From Adineta ricciae (taxonomy: Eukaryota): 64,000 nucleotides of DNA. Location of the stretch: NCBI GenBank assembly GCA_905250025.1, contig CAJNOJ010000052.1, positions 23,044-87,043 on the forward strand, given 5' to 3'. A program made the translations under genes and the position numbers. The notes beneath the pieces are model-generated. The model did not search any database. It saw only the letters and a list, made by a program, of their open reading frames with translations, and was not told the DNA's origin. Shown in pieces: positions 55,503 through 64,000 of the stretch. Each line of letters starts with the position of its first letter. Position 1 is the stretch's first letter.

Positions 55503-56236
55503 TCATTTATCCGACACCGGATCGGTTGGTTCGTTCTCTTTGTTTTCAATCAATTCACTAACTAGAACTTCATTATGCCGATTGACCAGTTTCGTTGGCA
55601 TGTCATACGTTGCAGAAATAACTTCTTCACGATTGATTGCAAAATCTTTGCATATATCTAATATGCTCTGACTTTCTCGCTTCCAATCTGCTTCTTTTGC
55701 AAAACCGCCAAAACGTTTCGCATAGAAAATTCGTTCCGGTTGTTGATAAATGAATACACCATCGATGTTTGGAATCGGTGCTGAACTATTATGAATATCT
55801 TTATCAAGAATGAGTAACAGCGTAAAGTGGTTCTCTCTGTCATTTGATGTCGAAGGACGGACTTTGACCATAATTGGAAGACACATTATCAATGTTTTAC
55901 CTTTTTTGAAGAAGAAAAACATGTTTTGTTTATTCGAATAGGCAAATTACGATAGTTTACCATCGACATTGCCACCCTGAGTATATTTTACTAATTTCCA
56001 TAGATTTGACATAACAGGTTCATCGCCAACAGTAGCTGTAAATGCATAAGCTGCACAGGTAAATGGTTGATATCGTCGCTTTTCATAAACCTAATCGTTC
56101 CATAAATAGATTTGCATGAAAGACCACCTGTGGTATAATACAGTACCTTATTACTTTCCAGAATCTCATACTTTGGCCATTCAGGATCAGCAGTTACGTG
56201 TGAATACGCTGACGCAGCTGTTCGTAACCAATTCAT
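55503..56236 (-). CDS. SOUL/HEBP-family heme-binding protein, 3 exons. Plus-strand coordinates: 56147-56236, 55961-56090, 55503-55900.
   Basis: ...DPEWPKYEILESNK / VYEKRRYQPFTCAAYAFTATVGDEPVMSNLWKLVKYTQGGNVD / GKTLIMCLPIMVKVRP...NIDGVFIYQQPERIFYAKRFGGFAKEADWKRESQSILDICKDF...TYDMPTKLVNRHNEVLV. These match HEBP1 blocks (WPWQVL..., [63 protein letters not shown]). Introns are 56 and 60 nt. The first intron corrects a frame change that is visible in the raw ORF track. Confidence 0.8.
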
Positions 56237-56845
56237 TTTCTAATGTGTTCTTTATTCTATTTTGTGTACGTTCTTATATCGACGAGTAAAAACGAAATTA
56301 TATAATCAAAGATAAGAGAGATATTTGTTTTTCGCTGTGTACTGATGATAAATTCTGGAACATGTGTTTATTTTTACTGCGAACAACAGACACTTGAAAG
56401 ACATCGATTCATCCTAGTGATCGTTGTTCTAGGTAAAACAAGAGATATGTTACGAGTACATCGAGACAAACAGCTAGTTTAAGAAGAAAATTTTCTTTTT
56501 TTTAAATTACAGGTGCTTACATATATAATACATGATAGAAAGAACAGAAAATCATTGTCTTTTGATGTACCTAATCGATCGACAACAGAACACAGAAAAA
56601 AAAACATGAAACGAAGACCAAGGAAAGAAGAAGAAACTGTACACACATATACATGCCTTTTCGTAGTTTATAAAAGTCTATTTTTTCATCGAAATAACAT
56701 GAACAGAAAATGATCTATGCCGATGAACAAATGTTTATGAATATACGTATGTGTTCCGAAACAAGATTAAAAAAGGAATCAAATAAATCCACAATATTTC
56801 TATATGTACATTGATAAATTTTGATTTTTCTTCTAAAATCTCTAT

Positions 56846-59668
56846 TATCGTAGATATTTATTGAGATCAATAAAGGCACAGTCTGGTATGTTATTCTTGT
56901 GCATAAGCTTGTCACATTCGTGTAGATAACCAGCAAGTACTTCAAGAGCAGGATGTCTTGGCATGTCATGTGCTTCTACAATAACGAAGATAAACAATGT
57001 ATATTTAGATTAATTGGAAGGATTCATCTACGTACCAAGGATAGCACTATTAACAGCACTGGACACCGTTTCACGTTGCGAAGGTTCTAATAGATGAGCA
57101 AGAGGCGATATTTTGGGATCTGTATAGGCTAATAGACTGAATGCATCCTGGAAAGCAATGAAATGCTTAAATCGTGAACTACTCTGTGTGTGATGTCGAA
57201 GGTTTACCTGAAGAATTTTATCATTATGTGGATTTTCTCCATGTTCGACTACCAGATGTTGTTTAAGCGCGTGTAACTCTCGGCCGAATTGGAGAATTCT
57301 CATGAGAAGTTGATCATCATCTTTTTCTATTGACTTTTTCTGCACATCCGATGACGTGATATCCATATCTATGGTATGACTCGAATCTATACAACCATCA
57401 TGCTCCATTCCGTCAAGAATATCAGTTGATTTTCCTGAACATCCATTACTATTTACAATACCATCGGTAAGTTGATTAGCATTATCGTTGTCTATTGATG
57501 TATGACCATTGGAGATCTGATTTGTCGTCGAAGGAGACTGGTTTACTGTTCCATGATTGCTAAAACCATTGGCTGTATTATTGCTAGATAGATTATCATC
57601 AACATCCATTAGATTAACTACAGTATTCGAATTCATCGTTGCTGAATGAGTATTCGATAATTCAGATATTTGACACGATGTTTCTAAATAGAACGACGCG
57701 ATTTGAAATAGAAATAGCGTTCAAACAATTTACCCTGTGAAGATTCATTCGGATTATTTGCACTTGTTCGATGAGATAATGAATTCATTGTACCATTACT
57801 ATGTTGCACTCGTTGAGATGTATATGGACTATTGGAACGAGACCGTGTAGATGTATGCGTTGTAGTCATTGGGGATAAGGAACGTCCAGCAGTTGAATAA
57901 GACAAATTCTTTTTCGAGGAACACAAAGAATTATTCGAATTGTTTTTATTTGCTGATAGGAAATTATTTGGAGATGAACAATTCGTTGTTGTTGACTGAG
58001 ATGCAGATGATGAATCTGTTTCACAAATTTCACTTTCAGTTCCATTGATCATTTCAATAAATTGTCGGACTTTAAGTAAGAACAAGAGATTTTTATCGTT
58101 GAGTAATGTGGGGAAAAGTTCTTTCGTCTTAAAAATTGCATCAGTCGTACGACCTTCAAGGATCAAATGTTGGATAACTAAAACAAAATCACAAAAAAAT
58201 GGTTTATTCAACTATCCTTTCATCATCTTCCTCTTACGCTGCCGATTCCTCATTGAATTCAGTTCATCTGCATAGACACTTTCGGCATTTTTATTGAATT
58301 GTTCAGCTGTAGCACAATACCCGTAATGGACTAGATACGTGGAAACAATTCGACGTAGTTGTGTTTGATGTAGAAGTTCATTTTCTTTTACTACACATTC
58401 AAAAATCGCTCGACGTGTTTTTTCTCGATATTCCTACATGAATTTAGAATTAAACCAACATTTATTTCGATCTCCATCATGTTTCACTCACATCCATATA
58501 TTTTTCGATATCGAATTTAAATGGACTCAAACCGAAATTCGCTTCGATAGCTTCGTGAGGTGTTTGCAAGCCAACAGTTGGATAAATATCCGCCTAGCAT
58601 CAACAAAAGCGATGTTTCGAGTTAATAGAAGACAGTTTATCGCTTACCGGTATATCTCGAAATGATGTACCTAAAAAACAAACGATCAAGCATGATGAAT
58701 GTATTGAAACAAGTAGACTTACCAATGTTATAACCATTGCGTGTATAAAAACAAGAATTTTCAAGAAAATTTACACAGCATCCCACATAATCACCTGTGG
58801 TAAATGTTGGTCCGTAGACAATACCTGAGCCCGATGAGCAAAATGAATGACCATCGTCGCCATGATAACCATATGAGCCTTTATCCCAGCCAGGTAGACG
58901 ATTGAGATTTACATCACTGGTAGATAAACCAATTCCCATATATCTAATTATAAGATGCAAAACCAATGTATAACAAATAGTCGAATACTCTTGATTTTTT
59001 CCTGCTAAAGATCAAGAGCACCGAGTAGAAAATGAAATACAACAAACATCTTCTTATTTTTTTCATACCACAATGAATCAAACTCAGATTTTCCCTTGTA
59101 GTTACTCAGAACCTTCTGCTATCAAATAGAATGTCCGACGAATAAACAATGATTGTTTGATAAATGAAATGTCAATCCTCACAGCAATGATTTCTCGAAT
59201 AGGAATACTGTTTGTTTATATAGGTCAAATTTTTACATACCCATCACGACCTTTGCTTAAAATTTTCACTTCATAATAATAAATACCGGTCAACGGTGGA
59301 ATAGGATAATCAGAACGAACACTCGCTGCATCTTTATGTGATTTACCAGGTCCTGAAAACATACAGTTTTATGACCTTGATTCAACGACGACTTAGCATA
59401 AATTACCTTTGTAGGTGACAACGAGATCATTTTGTTGTAAAACCAAAGTTTGCACTTTTTCTTTTGCATTCCATCTCATTGGCAAATGAATATCATCAGT
59501 AACATGTGGATAGAGTTGAGCAAGACGTTCATAGCCAGTTTTATTATTCGTAGTTCGAGTGGCTGCTGCTACTGCTGCAGCTGCAGCGACAGCCGCTGCT
59601 GTTGTTGTTGACCTAGTTGCCATCCGTGAAGGTGGTAGTGCGGGTGGTGTCGTCTCATTATCTGTCAT
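56846..59668 (-). CDS. RANBP9: Ran-binding protein 9/10 (RanBPM; SPRY-LisH-CTLH-CRA scaffold), about 8 exons. Start is MTDNETTPP at 59668; last exon is 56846-56975.
   Basis: SPRY domain: [41 protein letters not shown] / [37 protein letters not shown] / [74 protein letters not shown]. This is almost identical in pattern to the human RANBP9 SPRY. LisH/CTLH region: [33 protein letters not shown] region: [17 protein letters not shown]...[38 protein letters not shown]-terminal exon: [26 protein letters not shown]... Introns are mostly 50-60 nt, with one of about 300 nt. Confidence 0.85.
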
Positions 59669-59992
59669 TTTTCGAACTTGTCGAGGTAAACGTCTTCGTC
59701 TTTGATGTTGAATTGATAATTTGATAAATTTAAAAACAAGATAGGTGAGATTGAAAGTAAGAATCAAACAACATGAGATATATGCAAAATTAAGCGAACA
59801 ACTTTCATCCATTCCATTGTTGAAATTAATCAAATTGAGTACTACGATGAATCTTAAGCGTTAAATGAACAAATCATATATAAACAATAAATAATAACAA
59901 CAACACAGATCAGCTGACGAGTTCTGTATCGCGTCTATGCAGTCATATTACAAGATGGCGTACGAATCGCTCTAACGAATCGATTTTTTTTC

Positions 59993-60592
59993 TTGTTCTC
60001 GTCTCGTTCTTCTCCTTCTTCGTCTCTTTTTCTTTGTTCTGTCATGCTGTTGAAGATATTCATAAAAAGTCCTTTTCTCCTCGGAAGATTTGTGTCAACA
60101 ATTGAATTGACACGAAATGCGATCGCCAATAAGCCCCTGCAATGGAATGATCTAATCAAATGGCTTGAAAATGGACAGAAAACCTTATTATGGCGTGATG
60201 AATCGTGTGCTCAACGATATATTGAACATCAAAAACAAGTTGCTCGAGATTATCGATCCATCAATGACTTTATACGCATTCATTATCTTAAATGGGATGT
60301 AGATATCGATGAAAGCACTCACAAACGTCTTGCTATTCCAAGTTCTAATTCAATCAAAGAGCCGTTACTGACTCCAAACGATTTTCCTTACTATTTAGTT
60401 TCCAATATTCAGCATTGGGTCATCTGGTGTGATCCAATACCAAAGATTCCCGAAGCAGTTATTGACGAAATCATTCGAAAAAATTTTCCCTATGAAAAAT
60501 ACGAAACTCTCAGTTTTGTGAACCCACCTCGATTAAGATCTGTTTCGGATGTGTTCCATGCACATGTGTTTACAAGAACAAAATTGACTTAA
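59993..60592 (+). CDS. Conserved protein of unknown function, single exon (199 aa). The true start may be the internal Met at about 60044.
   Basis: Long uninterrupted ORF with protein-like composition and Trp/His-rich blocks (LQWNDLIKWLENGQKTLLWRDESCAQRYIEHQKQVARDYRSINDFIRIHYLKWDVD...FPYYLVSNIQHWVIWCDPIP). It lies about 325 bp from the RanBPM start on the opposite strand, arranged head-to-head. No family was confidently recognised. Confidence 0.5.
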   Translation: MFSSRSSPSSSLFLCSVMLLKIFIKSPFLLGRFVSTIELTRNAIANKPLQWNDLIKWLENGQKTLLWRDESCAQRYIEHQKQVARDYRSINDFIRIHYLKWDVDIDESTHKRLAIPSSNSIKEPLLTPNDFPYYLVSNIQHWVIWCDPIPKIPEAVIDEIIRKNFPYEKYETLSFVNPPRLRSVSDVFHAHVFTRTKLT

Positions 60593-60618
60593 GTTTTTGT
60601 ATTTATGTATATCTTTAG

Positions 60619-63600
60619 ATGAAAAGAACACAGGTCGAGAATTACGATACAACACCAAAACGATTGAAAATAGGAAATTTATCGGCAAATAATAATGATC
60701 AGTTTGATAAGGTTGTCATAGAAAGAAATAGAATCGAATGAATTTGTTCATTTTTGATATTTTGATTTAGTTTATTAATAAATTTCGATCATCAATCGAT
60801 ACAAATAATGAAGATTCTCGACCTTTTGATGTTTTTAAACAATATTTGAAAGGTAGATAACACAAAGGAATGAAGATATTGAAACAAGTCTCTCATTAAT
60901 ACACAAAAGAAAGACTCCGGATAGTCTAATGTGTTTTATTATAGAATGTTTGGATGACACTACAGATTCAAAAATTCTTCCAACGTTTATCAAAAAGACT
61001 ATTCAAATCGTGATTACTTCTTCGATATCGACCGTTCATCATCTTGTCTTCACAAAAATTATTGGTCTTATCATCATCTATGTAAACAAAAATCATCTTT
61101 GTTTTCTATCGAATATAATTTTTGTTCTATTTCTTCAGTTGGATAACATCTCATCAGATGCCTTACTCGATATCACACATGAGATCATCACGAAATTAAT
61201 CGAAACATCAGTCAACGCTGACATGTTTGTTTTTGTTTTTTTTAATCCTCGTTTCCTTTTTCTTATGTATTTGAATTTTCTTAGTATGATTGAACTTTTA
61301 CGAAGTATCTATTTACAACAAGTGAAACGGGATGAAACTCAATCTGCATCAGGATCAGCAGCAACAATGTGCGAATCCGTTGTTCAACAATTAGGCAATA
61401 CAACGTAAAGATAATCATCTTTCTTTTCCGGATGTAATCAATTGCTAATATTTAGATGGACTGAAGACAATTACGCGAGTCTCATCGCTATTATGAAGTA
61501 ATGATGAATGATATTCGATAGATAAACGAAATGAGATGTGTTTCTGTGTAGAACAATTCCATTTTCCGATAATGAAAAACGAACATTCATCGATATTATG
61601 TTTACTTTGGATTTTGAATCAATGGTTGATCAACTACCTGTATTTGTTGTAAATATTCTCAAATTGTGTAGTGATACTCGATTAGAAAATGAAATCACCA
61701 GTTCAAGTGGATATATATTCGATCGTTTAATCCAATATTTCATTGATTTGGATAAAAAATCCAACGAGTAACTTTGTCTGTCCTTCGTTTTCGTTAATCA
61801 ATCCATTTTCTCTACAGGAATAAACAATATACAGCTAACGTTCGACTTTGCATTGTTCACATCTTGAATGCTATTGAATTATCACCAGAACTCGGAACAA
61901 TCTTGCTTCGGACATTTAAAGTAACATTCATTTTTCACTTTCTCCAATGAAGACCTTGGTATTTCGTAGAAAATTCAAAGTAATGATGTTGCAAAGTTAT
62001 TTTCGCCATTTTGCTTGGCGTTTGTATTCGCATTACCGAAAGATCGAACTATCAAAGGAAAAGTAAGCAAATCATTCGGTTCATTCGATTTTTCGATTGC
62101 TATGATATGAGTAGTTTATTAAACAATTAAAAACGGCATTTGATCTTGTCTGTCAAACATTCGAAAAGAACAATGAGGCTTTTTGGTTGATACTCTTCAC
62201 GAAAATCAACTATAACGATTTCTATCGTGATTATTTACTACAACTTGCTAAGAAAGAGTAAGGATCTGAATCAATGACAATCTACGATTCAATGTTTGTT
62301 TTTTGTTGAAGATTATTTGGAGGTGATCTAATTCTTTCGGGTTTGATCGATTTTTGTTTTCAATTACTTGATGAATACAGTCAATCACCAATACCTGTGA
62401 ATGAATCATCATTTTCAGTTATCGAACTATTGAAAACATTAGCATCAAAATGGTTATCGGACATCGTACGAGTAAGTTTGACTCATGATTATTTTTTTTT
62501 AAGGTATCAGAGAAGTTTAGTTGCATAAATCCGTGCAAGAGGAAGTTATACATCGTCTATTCGATCGAATACTTGAAGCGAAAACCAATGATCGAACTGT
62601 GAAACATTTCATTGGTAAGTTTCAACAATGATCGTACTTCTAATGTTGAGAAAACGATTCGAAACCTTCTAGAACAATTGTACGATGTAATGAAAACAAA
62701 TAGTCATCGATTTGTTAAGTGGCCTGAACAATTGAAAGATCGACTAGATCAAATTTTACATATGCGTTACGAATTAGCTCGTGATGTACTCGATGCATTC
62801 AAACCTATTATTAAATTAAGTGGGAATACACCTTTTCGTGAAACGTACTTTCAATTACTTCGCACAGCAATGTACCGACCGTAAGTGTGAGAGAACTGAA
62901 CTTGAGAAACAACATATGAGATTTTAGTCGGTTGGATTGTCGGCGAATGGCAGTAGACGGCTATTTGATATTGTTAAAACATGCTAAATGGTTGATTCGA
63001 CCACCATCTGCACAAGCAAGTCAAATGACAATGTTTTCCTTAGTTGAAGTGAGTGTTTGTGATTAAACTAAACAAGAACATGAAAGATTGCTATGAATAG
63101 CGTGGCGCAACGCAAATGAATACGATTAATTCAACGCAACGTTCAACAGAAGGACAATGTATTGAATTATTAATGCAATTAAGACGAAGTCTTTCCCAAC
63201 AGTACGATGTACGATTGGCTGTTTATGAGGTAAGAGAGAAAAGCAAAATATTCGTTACAGATTCAATCCAAAGATTATTTAGGGTTTATTACCTGTCCTT
63301 CGTAAAAGTCCCATCCTTATGGCACCTATTCTAGATATGCTTATTTCTCAGGTAATTCTCGAAATGAAGGAAACAAAAACTTTTATGTGTATATATGTAG
63401 ATTGCATTGTACTATGAACCGATGGGAGATAAATGTACGTTGAATTTATCATCTTGTTTGCTGGAACGTGATGATAAAACCCAAATTATCGAACCATTTG
63501 TGAGTGGAAGTATCTTATTCGGAAAAATTCTCGTTTATCTATCAATTTCAATTAGGCACATCTACTTCATTGTCTTTCTCTTTGTTTACATCGTGCTGAT

Positions 63601-64000
63601 TGTCTCTTAAAAGCCAATTCGAAAATTTTCGACGAAGATCCCGATGTCGCTGTGTATATCAAAAAAGCAAATGATATTTTCAAACGTCTCATTGTGTTAT
63701 TTGATGATGATGAATTTACTGATCTGGTTGGAGTAAGTTCGCTTCACAAGCATGAATACGACATTTTCCGATGGATTCATTTCAGGCTAAAGGTTTACCA
63801 GAAGATAAAACAAGCCCACAAATGTATACACTTTGTATTGATATTTGTAATGTTTTAATTGAATACAAATTTATGCGAATGAAAGATGCGTAAGTAGATC
63901 AACGAAGAAATTGAATGATTCACTTTTGCATTGACTCGTTGAAGAGAATCGACCGCAAGTGTATTGAAATCAATTGATCAAGAATCTCATTTACATGAAA
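60619..64000 (+). CDS. FANCD2: FANCD2-like protein (Fanconi anaemia group D2), 5' part only. The gene continues past the window end and is multi-exon.
   Basis: Exon 1 is 60619-60711 (MKRTQVENYDTTPKRLKIGNLSANNNDQFDK). Downstream exons include FINKFRSSIDTNNEDSRPFDVFKQYLK; ECLDDTTDSKILPTFIKKTIQIVITSSISTVHHLVFTKIIGLIIIY; and LDNISSDALLDITHEIITKLIETSVNADM. The last parallels human FANCD2 [20 protein letters not shown]. Further exons are at 61277-61408, 61538-61771, 62343-62470, 62612-62884, 63116-63230 and 63407 onward, and are helical-repeat-like. The assignment rests on short motif matches, so confidence is moderate. Confidence 0.5.

Noticed and set aside
56101-56160. Apparent frameshift in the SOUL/HEBP gene between the ORF 55991-56236 frame and the downstream conserved frame
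   Set aside because: This is not a sequencing error or pseudogene. A 56-nt GTACTG..AG intron (56091-56146) restores the frame and yields a contiguous HEBP alignment.

Overview
This window is eukaryotic nuclear DNA, not prokaryotic. It is AT-rich and gene-dense, with about 26 protein-coding genes in 64 kb on both strands. Nearly every gene is split by very short GT-AG introns, mostly 46-66 nt. Gene content points to an invertebrate metazoan: two tandem innexins (YYQWVPF motif), a vasopressin/oxytocin-type neuropeptide precursor, a FAM20 secretory kinase and a Ly6/uPAR three-finger protein. The intron size, AT-richness and compactness are compatible with a rotifer-like protostome genome, but that is inference and no taxon can be proven from the sequence alone.

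Genes were recognised by reading the six-frame ORF track and splicing exons by hand. In order along the window they are: two innexins, TMED10 (p24delta), an ERp72/PDIA4-like protein disulfide isomerase with three CGHC sites, STAM (VHS-UIM-SH3), a SARM-like protein with an unusual helical-TIR-SAM domain order, the FAM20 kinase (minus strand), U2SURP/SR140 (minus), a GPI-anchored Ly6-like protein, a vWA (MIDAS) protein, an RLIM/RNF6-like RING-H2 ligase (minus), and a vasotocin-like precursor encoding CYITNCPIG-GKR plus neurophysin (minus). These are followed by a peroxisomal ABCD transporter (minus), a divergent beta-tubulin (minus), an uncharacterised multi-exon gene, a large low-complexity protein with a C-terminal BAH domain, RPL23 (uL14), an orphan single-exon ORF (minus), steroid 5-alpha-reductase, an HDGF-like PWWP protein, a TBC RabGAP, a SOUL/HEBP heme-binding protein (minus), RanBPM/RANBP9 (minus), a conserved unknown protein, and the 5' part of a FANCD2-like gene that runs off the window.

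No rRNA, tRNA, CRISPR array or prokaryotic defence locus is present. The only repeats are two copies of a roughly 250-bp dispersed element between the tubulin gene and the next gene, plus simple microsatellites. Hand-counted coordinates can be off by 1-2 nt and exon boundaries are approximate.
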